A DNA stretch of 64,000 nt from Octopus sinensis (taxonomy: Eukaryota). The position numbers were made by a program, and so were the translations under genes. Shown here in pieces: positions 25,625-36,960 of the stretch. Position 1 is the first letter of the stretch, and each line of letters opens with the position of its first letter. The stretch is from contig NC_043009.1 of NCBI RefSeq assembly GCF_006345805.1, positions 63,612,001-63,676,000 of the forward strand. The letters run 5' to 3'. The notes beneath the pieces are model-generated. The model did not search any database. It saw nothing but the letters and a program-made list of their open reading frames with translations, and was not told the origin of the DNA.

Positions 25625-26245
25625 ATGCGAGAGTGCAAAATTAGAAATGTGAGGAAGATGAAATACCATAGGGATGTGAGATCTTTCTAGAATGCATAAT
25701 TAATCTATCTTGAACATCTTTTCCAATGACAGGGTATTGATGAAGCTATAGTAAACAGTAAACCATTCCTAAATCATATACGAAATCAAAATAATTATCT
25801 TAATTAATTAATTAATTGATAATTTCTAGCATAGACAAAAGCCAGAAATTTTGGGGATGGGGAAATAATTAATTAAAAGGAACCCAGTTCTTAAGTTGTA
25901 CTTTATTTTATCAGACCCCAGAAGGACAAAAGGCAAAGTTGGTCTTCAAGGGATTTGAACTCAGAACGTAAAGGCCCATAACTAAATACCACAAGACTGT
26001 TTTGTCTGAAGCTCTACCGGTTCTGCCAAATCTGTTCCACAATTGTCATGGGTTGTTCCTCAGCAAAACCAGTGTGATTGACGACTTACCCTGGAGGTCG
26101 TTACTCAGCTAATAAATTAATTGAAAAAGGTGGGGAGCGGGATGGCGAGGGAGGGTTAACAATATCGAGGAGGTCGTTGATGCATCAACAACCGCTGTGA
26201 ACAGCTAAAAAGGGAGCCAATGACGGACGATTCATGAGACAGGGA

Positions 26246-26413
26246 TCACTGAGCTGGACAGTACTTGGACTTGTGATCTTGGGGTGCAGACAGGGACTGC
26301 CAGTAGTCGGAAACTATGGCAAGGATGACGACGAGGAGGAAAACAAGCTGGAGTAAGATGACATGCTGCTGGCGTCTCTCGATCCGACTGACGGCCGACT
26401 GGAGCACTTCCAC
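26246..26413 (-). CDS. MOSPD2: MOSPD2 last coding exon: coiled coil, TM anchor, short tail, stop (VEVLQSAVSRIERRQQHVILLQLVFLLVVILAIVSDYWQSLSAPQDHKSKYCPAQ*)
   Basis: tctttgtgcag|GTG, 55 codons plus TGA. The hydrophobic run VILLQLVFLLVVILAIV is typical of a tail anchor. The exon continues as UTR to a donor at 26089. Confidence 0.9.
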   Translation of the reverse strand: MEVLQSAVSRIERRQQHVILLQLVFLLVVILAIVSDYWQSLSAPQDHKSKYCPAQ

Positions 26414-27747
26414 CTGCACAAAGACAAGACAACAATAATAATAATAATAATAATTAATTATGTTTAAGCCTTGAGTATTCAGTTTGCTTTGTTAAATGTA
26501 ATTTATTTCCCTCATTTTTATTCTACCGTGAATTATCTCATAGCTCTGAGATTTCAATGATGTGATTGTTTATTTTCAGAATAACATTGTATGATAGGTG
26601 TGAGAGGCTGGATCTGGCCAGTCCAAACATAAAATAGAATATTTAGGCTGGATGTGGCCAGTTTAAATTCTAATGGGTTGATGAGAAATGTGTGGGCTAA
26701 GAGAGGTCAGTAGGTTAAGTGCGTAGATCCTACTTCTTGCAATAAGGCTTACCGCAACATCAACACAATTCAGAATACTGGCATAACATTCCAAGCCTAT
26801 CATCATCATCATCTTTGTCGTTTAACGTCCGTTTTCCATGCTAGCATGGGTTGGACGATTTTGACTGAGGGCTGGTGGATCAGATGGCTGCGCCAGACTC
26901 CAATCTGATCTGGCAGAGTTTCTACAGCTGGATGCCCTTCCTAGCGCCAACCACTCCAAGAGTGTAGTGGGTGCTTTTTACGTGCCACTGGCACAGGGGC
27001 CAGTCAGGCAGTACTGGCAATGACCTCGCTCGAATCTTTTATCACATGGCACAGGTGCCAGTAAGGCAACGTTGGTAACGATCACGCTCGGATGGTGCCC
27101 TTTTACGTACCACAGCATGGGGACCAGTCAGGCGGTACTGGCAATGACCTTGCTCAAATCTTTTTACACATGCCACCGGCACAGGTGCCAGTAAGGCGAC
27201 ATTGGTAACGATCACGCTATTAAAATGATCCATTGTTATATACAACATTAAAGTAAAATATATTGCTATTACTATGTATAATGTTCTTCAGGTTTTTTAA
27301 GTCGACAATGTTGTGCTTATGTTATATAAAATAGATCTTATATAAAATTACTACGGATATTAATTACTAATATGTACAACATTATCAATATGTATGACAT
27401 TATGTCATCATTATTGTTTAATGTCTGCCTTGTGTATAATATTAAATGTATGTATAACAGTATTATGTATCGCAAAAGTGTTAAGTATGACATTATGCTT
27501 AAAATATAATTTTAAATTTCATTCAAACTGAAGCTGAACTTTTTAATAAGTTCAGAAAAATTTGTAATAAAAATTCTCAAAATTCATATTTATAAAACAA
27601 TTTCCTTGATAAGTTATTTAACTAAGTTGTGTTGATGTGTATGTGCATGTGTGTGAGTGTGTGTGTGTACATGTGGTGATATATGGATACCCAACTTTTG
27701 TCACTTCCACACGTGTACCACACTATAAACATGTAGGTATCATTTAA

Positions 27748-27968
27748 CCCTTTAGTGTTTAAACCGGCCATATCCGGACCAAATATTCTGTATGTTTTAT
27801 ATTCAAACTGGCGATATCTAGCCTCTCACACCTACCCTGCACTGACATTCTATAAATAAACAATCACATTATTGAAACCTCAAAGCTATAAGATAATGCA
27901 TGATTAATTCAAAACAATATTAGTAAAAAAAATATTACGTTTAACAGAGTAATCTGAACACTAAAGGG
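27748..27968. mobile_element. piggyBac-type MITE, family 1 (other copies about 32385-32592, 42228-42452, 53450-53670; partial 26590-26675)
   Basis: TTAA|CCCTTTAG...CTAAAGGG|TTAA with a shared internal sequence. The 53450 copy is nested inside a SINE. Confidence 0.85.
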
Positions 27969-28633
27969 TTAATCCTAATTTAGTCATTACAAGAGTGAAG
28001 TCAAGACTAAATAGTTTACTTGCTGACAGCTACAGGTAGTAGTCAAGACAATTTGATATGAATTAATAAAAAATGACCTGAACAAATTTCGCCAAACAAT
28101 AGTAATGGTTGGTCTTATTTTCAGTGTTGGAATAACAAAGAAACTATTTTGTGATCAATGCTAAATCTCAGCCAAGCAACCCCAAAACACAGGATTGAAA
28201 TAGAAACATATGAAAATATATTTGTGTAAAGTTACAAAGACAATTTGTAATAAGTAGGTTAATGGGATATATATATACGAAATAGTAATCATTTTTGTGT
28301 CTTTTTATGGAGACAAAAGGGTTTATAAGACTGCAAAAAAGAAGTGCTCAAATGTAACTGAGACAGAGATAAAAAAAAAAAACATTGATAAGAGAACAAA
28401 CATCAAATCTGAGTCAACGACTTTATATATATATATATTGATGGATCTTAACTTCGATAGAATAAATTTTTTAAGTTGTAAAGATAATTTACGAACACAT
28501 CGTATATTAAGATAGGCAAGACTAGAGTTACCTCCCTTGGTCAATGCAACGCATGAGGTTTCAGAGGAGGGAGGGGGAGAGAGAGAGTGAAGCAGAGAGA
28601 GAGGAGAGAGTAAAAGAAAGTCGTTGTACGAAC

Positions 28634-28706
28634 CTTTTCTGTTAAAGTTGTGATGTCGTTGGCTGGTCTGGAACAAACCGGTTCAGAATTTATAATACAA
28701 CGTAAT
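28634..28706 (-). CDS. MOSPD2: MOSPD2 exon: MSP end (LRCIINSEPVCSRPANDITTLTEK)
   Basis: 73 nt, phase 2 to 0, cattttgcag|...AAG|gttcgt. Completes MEHR-LRC. The donor is suboptimal. Confidence 0.85.
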
Positions 28707-30010
28707 CTGCAAAATGAAGAATTGCAACATCAGAATTGCTTACTAATCGTAAAATAAAATTTTGCTCCTCATAAAATAAAATCCACTGTCTTCGAGTGAG
28801 TATGGGAATGAGTTTATTTCTGCCCATCCCAATTGAATGTACGTCTGCCTTTGTATTTATTGGTGTGTGACGTGGCCGATGACAGATCCGCCTGATTGGC
28901 ACTCGTGCCCAAGGAACGTTAAAAGCACATCTGATCGTGATCGTTGCCAGGGCCACGGATTGGCTCCCGTGCCGGTGGCACGTGAAAAACAACATTCAAG
29001 TGTGGTCGTTGCCAGTACCACTGGACTTGCTTCTGTGCAGGTAACACATAAAAACCTCTTCAGCATGGTCGTTGCCAGAACCGCCTGACTGGCCCCCGTG
29101 CCGGTGGCACGTAAAAGCACCCACTACACACTTGGAGTGGTTGGTATTAGGAAAGGCATCCAGCTGTAGAAGCTGTGCCAGATCAGATTGAGCCTGATGC
29201 AGCCTTCTGGCCCACCAGTCCTCAGTCAAACCGTCCAACCCATGCCAGTATGGAAAGCGGACGTTAAATGATGATGGTGATGGTGATGGTGATGATGATG
29301 ATGATGTACAGTGCAATTATGGCTGGGTGGTTTAAGAAGTTTGCTTTCCAACCATGTGGTTTCAAGTTCACTCTTGCAGTGTGACAAGCATCATCCCTTG
29401 GATGTCTTCTATTATAGCCCTGGGTTAACCAAAGCTTAGTGAGTAGCTTTGCTACATGGAAACTGAAAGAAGCCTGTCGTGTGTGTGCGTATGTGAGAGA
29501 GAGAGAGTTTCTCCATGTCTTGACATCACATGATAGTTGTAAACACTACACAAGTGGCATCATCTGTTTCCAAACTTCTGTGCAAACACATGTGGCCATG
29601 GAGAAATATTACCCCACTTGGAAACTGGAGAGGGTTGGTAAAAGGAACGGCATCCAGCCATAGGAAATCTGTGTCAACAAATAACCATTTTCACCCATAC
29701 AAGCATGAAAAAGTGGACTTTGAAATATTGATGATGATGATGATGATATATATATATACATAGAGAAAGGGTAATAAATTGAGTAGGTGAACCCCCGTGG
29801 ATTAAGATATATACGGGCTAATGTAATGCATCTAGTGCAGTTATGTAGGTATCTTCCCACCTGCTTGTAACCCTCCTGTTGTTCATAGCCTGCCGATGAA
29901 GAGAGAAGCACTGTAACATGCGGGTCCTGCTTACAAGAGAGTTATCTCCCTGCAACAGTTCCTCATCCCTACATCAGTGGAATCAGATGTTATACACTAA
30001 AAAGATTATA

Positions 30011-30717
30011 CAGTTCCATATTTAAGAGATGAGGATTTATGTACATTATTTACATTTGACGGATATTTGTCTTCATCTTGTTTGTTGTGAACACAACGTT
30101 TCGGCTGATATACCCTCCAGCCTCCATCAGGTGTCTTGGAGAATTTTCGAACCTGGGTTCTCATTCCTAAGGTATTTTTCAATGAATCAAATCAAAATCG
30201 ATCAACATCAATGGAATTTGTAGTTTTGTGGTACCAGTGCTGGTGGCACATAAGAAAACCATCAGAACGTGGCTGTAGCCAGTACCGCATCGACTGGCCT
30301 CCGTGCTGGTGGCACGTAACAAACACCATCCTATCGTGGCTGTGCCAGCCTCGCCTGGCCTTCGTGCCGGTGGCACATAAAAAACACGTAAAAAACACCA
30401 TCCGAGCGTGGCTGTTCGCCAGCCTAGTCAGGCATCTGTGTTGGTGGCACATAAAGAGCACCCACTACACTCACGGAGTGGTTGGCGTTAGGAAGGGCAT
30501 CCAGCTGTAGAAACGTTGCCAGATAAGACCGGAGCCTGGTGCAGCCTTCTGGCTTCCCAGATCCCCGGTCGAACCGTCCAACCCATGCTAGCATGGAGAA
30601 CAGACGTTAAACGATGATGATGATGATGACGATGATGATTATTATTATTCAGGTTACTACCTGGAATCGAACTTGGAATCTTGGGGTTAGTAGCCCGCGC
30701 TCTTAACCACTACGCCA
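30011..30717 (-). mobile_element. Same tRNA-headed Penelope-type element (copy B), interrupted by a (GAT)n-tailed SINE at about 30190-30640
   Basis: Head at 30717-30650 and body at 30184-30011 are homologous to copy A. Confidence 0.65.
30090..30135 (-). ncRNA. Minimal type I hammerhead motif (copy B), A9G
   Basis: GACAC-CUGAUGG-A-GGCUG(GAGGGUAUAU)CAGCC-GAAA-CGUU-GUGUU. All stems pair, the site is GUU, and there is one core substitution. Confidence 0.75.
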
Positions 30718-31024
30718 GATCTCTTTGTCCCAATCACCAGAATATTGCATTTCTGTTTATTGCAAGGAAGGTTCCGGCCAAGATCGTGCTCCAAAGACTT
30801 CTCCAATCAGTATCAGAAAACACAGTACGAACTTCTAGACACAGAAACCTCAAGAAAATAAAGAGATGGTCATGGGTGGATTACTTTTGATCATAGGTCT
30901 ACTAAATCAGGCTCGATTTGGGGCTAAACAGCAATGATAATAACCTGTAATTAGAACAGATTACCTGAAGAATTCTAGCTTAGCTGTAATTCCAACAGTC
31001 ATCAGGGGAAAGGATCTAACGTAC

Positions 31025-31145
31025 CTGTGTTCCATAATAGATTCTCTTTGAACCGTCTTCCACAGCTCTGCTACATCTTTGCTTTCATCAGTTACTTCCA
31101 TTGCTCGTACCAGGAACTTATCAGACTGGATTTTGTTTTCAAAAC
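31025..31145 (-). CDS. MOSPD2: MOSPD2 exon: MSP domain (GFENKIQSDKFLVRAMEVTDESKDVAELWKTVQRESIMEHR)
   Basis: 121 nt, phase 1 to 2, ttcttttgcag|...AG|gtacgt. The DKFLV and W...MEHRLRC motifs are MOSPD2-type. Confidence 0.96.
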
Positions 31146-31464
31146 CTGCAAAAGAAAAAAAACTATTTTATGAAACAAACCAATAATTATTATATTACAT
31201 CATATCCGAATGTGGCCAATGCTAGCACTGCCTTGACTGGCTTTTGTGCCGGTGGCACGTAAAAAGCACCCACTACACTCACGGGGTGGTTGGTGTTAGG
31301 AAGGGCATCCAGCTGTAGAAACTCTGCCAGATCAAGATTGGAGCCTAGTGCAGCCTCTTGGCTTCCCAGACCCCAATTGAACCATCCAACCCATGCTAGC
31401 ATGGAAAACTAACGTTAAACGATGATGATGATGATATCAAATATACTCCTTTATTTCACTAAAG

Positions 31465-31800
31465 ATGGCACATGGGATGAAGCAGGATTAAGATTCTTGG
31501 AGTTCTGTGATGCCATATGAACCTAACCAATTACAACTTCAGGAAACCAATGAATCCCCTCCAAACATGCCACCTAGGTAGACTCTGTTCTCACCAGGGT
31601 ACAGAACAAAGAGCTGGTTGTGGAAACTGGTGAATACTGTATCACTCAACATAAATTGGAGATAAGTAGCATCATCCATCACCAAGGTGTTGCTAATTAG
31701 CAGTGCAGGTAAGTTTTCCCCAAAACATAGAAAACAGAGTATGAAAGTTGTTGAAAGAGCAAACGCTTCTGCTGGCAACAAAAAGGTTCTCTTTTTAAAA
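31465..31800 (+). mobile_element. Degraded RTE-type LINE endonuclease fragment
   Basis: Remnants DEAGLRFLEFCDA and ELVVETGEYCITQHKL. Confidence 0.55.
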
Positions 31801-32726
31801 GAAGAGTAAATAGTACGATTCATGAGTACAAAGTCTGTTGATGCATTGGAGTGAAAATTGAGCATTAAATGCAAAAGATGTGCAAAGGCTGGAAAGGAAT
31901 GAAGTCTGCATGTTCCACTGGATGTGAAGTATTAGTGTTTATGAATGAAAGAACACAAATGAGTTGAGAGAAAAAGTAGGAGTAAGAGGAATCAGCTGTT
32001 GTCTGCAAGAGAAAGATCCATCTAACCCATGCAAGAATCAAAAAAGGGATGTGAAATGATGACCAATGACATTACTGAAGACACCTCACTAACGACATAT
32101 ATGGTCAATTATATTACTTAAACACACCTCACCAATTGCATATATGGCGGTCAATTATATTTAATAAACACCAGACTAACCACTGGATATTTGCTTCTTA
32201 ACTGGTCACTAATTTAACAACTGGATACTAGCTTCTTAACAACTGGACATTTCAGTTAGTAAAGATAAAAGAATAATTATTTGTAAGAAATTAACAACTA
32301 ACAACCCAAACCTTCTTCTAAGTAGCAACTCTTTGTAATTCCCTCGAAGTTGACATATTTTTTCTGCAGACATCCACACTTAACACTTTGGTGTTTAAAC
32401 TGGTTTCCCCCACACCAAAATGTTCCAGCTGTTTTATGTTCAAACTGGCAAGATCCCACCTTTCACACCCACACTACAATGTCATTCTAAAAACAAACTA
32501 TTACATCATTGAAATCTCAAAGCTACAAGATAATACCGGATTAATTCAAGACAACACGAATAAATAAGCATTACATTTGATAGAGTAAGGGTTAAAGATG
32601 TTCAAACCTTAACAGTACTGACCCCCACCCCCACCCCCACCACCAGTCTCCGAGGGCCTGTGAAGGGCATAGGCTTTTGTCATTTGACCAACCCTGTTAT
32701 TAAGATCATATGTAAATGTTACAAAC

Positions 32727-32823
32727 CTGGCTGAATATGAACATTGACCGTAACAGGAGAGCCAGGTCTGACCACACCACCGCTGGGCCGTACTCGAAAC
32801 TTCTCTGGAGATGTTGTTTTCAC
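32727..32823 (-). CDS. MOSPD2: MOSPD2 exon: MSP core (VKTTSPEKFRVRPSGGVVRPGSPVTVNVHIQP)
   Basis: 97 nt, phase 0 to 1, gatttcag|...G|gtttgt. Contains the MSP signature YKVKTTSPEKFRVRP. Confidence 0.96.
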
Positions 32824-33400
32824 CTGAAATCAGAAATAATCAAATAAATAAGTAAATATTCCAAAAAAAAAAACACATCAAATAAGCCATATTTAAAATA
32901 TTCTTAAATATCAGGTGTGCGTTACTAAAGAGCTGATATTAAGAGAGTTTTAATGAAACAGTTGTTGAATACAAAACATACAGGTGTTAGTAAGTCAGAT
33001 ATCTCGTTAGAAGGGATGTAATGACCTCAACAAAACTGAACAAGAAAATTTTATTTATTCATATCATACCATCAGATAAATAGCATATATGATACCAATC
33101 AACAAGATTTAATACTGGTTTCAGATTCTGGTACAAGGCCAGATTTTTTTTGGTGGGGGAGGGGGCAAGTTGATTACATCAACCCCAGTAATAAATTGCT
33201 ATTTATTTTATTGACCCCCACCCCAAAAGGAAGAAAGGTGAAGATGACCTTGGTGGAATTTGAAAAGACAGACGAAATACTGTTGAGCATTTTGCCTGAG
33301 GTGCTAACAATTGTGCCAACTCACCACCCTAATTGGATTTGGTATAACAAATTAGAAAAAAGAGATTTCCAGTCTCTGGATTACACCTGTACATACATAC

Positions 33401-33500
33401 CTTGTACGCAATAGGGTTTGTTAATGTGTTTGAAAGGCTGATAGTGCTATAAATCTCTTTCACATTCTCATCCAGTTGAAAACACAATTCATCAGCAGGT
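33401..33500 (-). CDS. MOSPD2: MOSPD2 exon: MSP domain start (PADELCFQLDENVKEIYSTISLSNTLTNPIAYK)
   Basis: 100 nt, phase 2 to 0, ttattcatag|...AAG|gtatgt. MSP beta-strand pattern. Confidence 0.93.
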
Positions 33501-34280
33501 CTATGAATAAAAAAAATATACATAATTCTTATTAATCCATTAATCTAATAATCCACCAGATATTGATAATTATTAAAACAATACAAAGTAACATGGTTGC
33601 AAAGCAATGGTCACCGTGGCAAGGAGAGACAGGACATGTAACTTAACTCAAAATAAATGATATGGAAAATTTACCTACTCAGCCGAATCTTCTGTCTCTG
33701 AGTTCATCGAAAAAGAATACATACCCAATAAAGGGACCCTACACTACTTGAAAGGGCAGTTGTGTCATCACTAACGGTTTTGCGTTCATGAAGCAGGTTG
33801 AGGGCCAAACAGCATGTGGATGTAACAACACTAACACACACCAGAACTGAGCAATGACTATGGTTGAGAGCTATTTGGCATGATAAGTGAAATGAGAAAC
33901 GGTTTCATCCCAAATTGAACTTGGTTCTCGGACAGTGGAAAGAAGTTCTAGATAGGCACAGGCATGGCTGTGTGGTAAGGAGTTTGCTTCCTGACCACAT
34001 TGTTCTGGGTTCAGTCCCACTGCATGGCACCTTGGGCAAGTGTCTTCTACTAGAGCCTAGGGCTAATCGAAGCCTTGTGACTGGATAGGGTCAACTGAAA
34101 CTGAAAGTAGCTCATACATGACTAAGGACTTTAATGAAACAGTTACTGACTACAAAGCATAGAGAAGCCGTAATATGTGAGATGTATCATTAGTAGGGAT
34201 GTGAGGACCATCAACAAAAGTGAATAAGCAGAAAATTTCATTTATTCACACATAACAAAATGAATAGGAAAGAGTCTCAC

Positions 34281-34351
34281 CTGATTGACAAAAGACGAGT
34301 CTGAAAACAATTGTCTTTGTTGTGAAATTTCTTTTCTAAAGAACTTAGAGC
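34281..34351 (-). CDS. MOSPD2: MOSPD2 exon: linker into MSP domain (ALSSLEKKFHNKDNCFQTRLLSIR)
   Basis: 71 nt, phase 0 to 2, cactttcag|...AG|gtgaga. Joins the next exon to give LLSIRPADEL (human LLHISPAEEL). Confidence 0.88.
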
Positions 34352-34480
34352 CTGAAAGTGATTAAAATAAATGATTACAACAAAACAATTTATTATTATT
34401 ATCATTATCATTATTATAGTGACATCAATATTTTATGTATAGTATTACTGTGTATGTGTGTATGTGTATGTATATATATA

Positions 34481-35801
34481 TCAGGTCATCCCATAAGTTC
34501 TGTCAGATTTTACCTTTTTTAAAATTGAATGAAATTTAATGCTATTTTAGAATGTCTAATGGAATTAAAAATTATTTTTATGCATTTGTGTACATTTAAA
34601 CTAATTAAATATTATTTTACAGAATAATAGAATTAAAATTTGATTAAAACCCCTTCTAACATAGAAGTATCCAAAGAGCATTTGAGGCACATAATGCTTT
34701 ATGAGTACAAAAAAGGAAACTCTGCAGCCAAAGTGACTCGAAACATACACTCAGTTTATGGGAAAGAATGCTTGAATGAAAGAACTTGCAGAAAATGGTT
34801 TGCAAAATTCAGAAGTCAAGATTTCAGCCTTGAAGATGAAGATCGAACAGGACGTCCAGTTGAGTTTGATGATAAACTCCTTGAGACATTACTTTCAGAA
34901 AATCCTGAAGAATTGGCAATAAAGCTTAGTTCAAACAATACAACTGTTCATCATCATTTTCAACAACTTGGAAAGGTTCCTAAACTTGGAAAATGGGTGC
35001 CTCGTGTATTGTCCGAAAGCAACCACAAACCCCGAGTTGACATCTGCTATTCTTTCCATTCTCGTGAACTCATTTTACCCTTTTTGGATAGACTTGTGAC
35101 TGGTGAAGTAAAATGGATCTTCTATTGAAATGTTAAATATCGTAAACAGTGACTTGGTAAAAGGGAAAAAGCTCAACTACAACCAAGAAGGGAACTTCAT
35201 GGAAAAAAATTCTTCATCCACATTATTCTCCTGACCTTGCTCCAAGAAGGGAACTTCATGGAAAAAAAGGTTCTTCTCTCTATCTGGTGGGATTGCAAAG
35301 GAGTAATTCACTTTGAATTGTTACGACCTAATGCAACAATCAATGCTCAAGTCTACTGTCAGCAATTAGAGCATTTGAACCAGGCTTTGAAGAAAAATAA
35401 GCCCACTTTAGTGAATTGAAAAGGAGTAATGTTTCATCAGGACAATGCATGACCCCACACTGCAAAGATCACATCACAGAAGATCGAAGAGCTTGGTTGG
35501 GAAAAAATTCCTCATCCACCTTATTCTCCCGACCTTCAGAGTACCATTTGTTTCATAGTTTACAAAATCATTTGGGGGACATAACTTTCAAAAGCCAGGA
35601 GGAGATTGAAACTGACATTTCAGAGTTCTTCGCTTTGAAACCAAAAGAGTTTTACGTTGATTAAAATGCTTGTAAATAGATGGAAGGAAGTCATAGATAA
35701 TCAGGGAAAGTACATTGATAATTAAATTTCAATTAAATATAACATTTGATCACTTGTTTTCTTCATTCAAAAAATCGAACATAACTTATGGGATGACTTT
35801 A
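34481..35801 (+). mobile_element. Full-length mariner (DD34D class) transposon, about 1.32 kb, TA-flanked
   Basis: TIRs TCAGGTCATCCCATAAGTTCTGTC and GAACATAACTTATGGGATGACTTTA, TA on both sides, transposase pseudogene inside. Confidence 0.93.
34661..35725 (+). pseudogene. Mariner transposase pseudogene
   Basis: Motifs GKWVPR, LVTGEVKW, SIWWD, HQDNA and HPPYSPD are present. The start appears mutated to ATA, with several stops and frameshifts. Confidence 0.93.
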
Positions 35802-35926
35802 TATATATATATATATATTTATATATATAGTGAGAATTTACAAAAAAAAAAAACAAAACAAAAGACGAAGATGGGTGTGTAAATAACAAACAGATGTATT
35901 AGTTTAACGCTCAGGAAGTGAGGAAG

Positions 35927-35963
35927 TCTTTTATGCTTCAAGCCTATGCTCTTCAACAGAAAG
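35927..35963 (-). ncRNA. Decayed hammerhead motif of the CUGUCGA family in a pLTR fragment (about 35830-36024)
   Basis: CCUUU-CUGUUGA-A-GAGC(AUAG)GCUU-GAAG-CAUA-AAAGA. Flanks are homologous to the 13 kb copy. Confidence 0.55.
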
Positions 35964-36105
35964 GAACACAGAAATAAAGAGGGAGAGAAAACAGAAAAGG
36001 GTTTAGTGGCTAGTGATCTATCATGGACCCTACACAACTTGAAAGGGCAGTTATGTCATCACTAACAGTTTTGCGTTCATGAAGTAGGTTGAGGACCAAA
36101 CAGCA

Positions 36106-36960
36106 TGTCCCAAAAGTCACAGGTGGGCTTCAATTTTTAATAACTTCCTTAACTTTGCAAGTAAACGCACGAAATTTTGCTGCAATATAAAGGACATAAT
36201 GGAAATTAATATGCACAAGTCAAACTTTGCAACACCCCTACATCACATATGAAAAATGAAGTCGCTTAAACAGCAGCCATTTTCGGTTTCGCATGCTCAT
36301 ACCCTTTCCAAAACTTGCTCCATAACACCCTCAAGAGTTTCAGGCCCCACTTCTCTGATTTCTCTGTTTATGTTCTTCCGCTGCACCGGGGTTTCCGGTT
36401 TGTTGACATAAACCCTTTCTTTCAGGTATCCTCACAAGAAAAAATCCGGGCTAGTGAAGTCTGGGGAACGTGAAGGCCAGTTGGCATTGCCGTAGCAGGA
36501 GATTATTCTCTCTCCAAATCACTGCTGTAGCAACTGCATTGTTTCTCTTGTGGTGTGAGCAGTTGCCCCATCTTGCTGGAACCATGGGTGAGGCCTTTGA
36601 ACGGCTGGGCACAAAAATGTCTCAGTCATGGATACATGAAAGAGAGGGTTTACGTCAACAACCCAGAGACCCTGGTGCAACTGAAGAACATCAATAGAGA
36701 AATCAGAGAAGTCGGGTCTGAAACTCTTGATGGTGTTACGGTGCAAGTTTTGGAAAGAGCACGGGTGTGCAAAGCCAAAAATGGCTGCCATTTAAGCAAC
36801 ATCATTTTTCATATTTGATCTAGTGGTGTTGCAAACTTTGACTTGTGCATATTAATTTCCATTATGTCCTTTATATTGTACCAAAATTTCATGCATTTAT
36901 TTGGAAAGGTAAGGAAGTTATTAAAAACTGAAACCCATCAGTGACCTTTGGGACACCCTG
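36106..36960. mobile_element. DD41D (rosa/visitor-type) Tc1/mariner derivative built from two inverted 3' ends
   Basis: The minus strand reads FQQDGATAHT...WPSRSPDFTSPDFFL with 41 residues between the D's. The C-terminal coding part and TIR occur inverted on both arms; the right end is GGGACACCCTG|TA. Confidence 0.85.

Noticed and set aside
33671-33700. Donor-like TAG|GTAAAT with a short upstream segment
   Set aside because: The candidate micro-exon is 23 nt (frame-shifting), and the flanking exons already join in frame.
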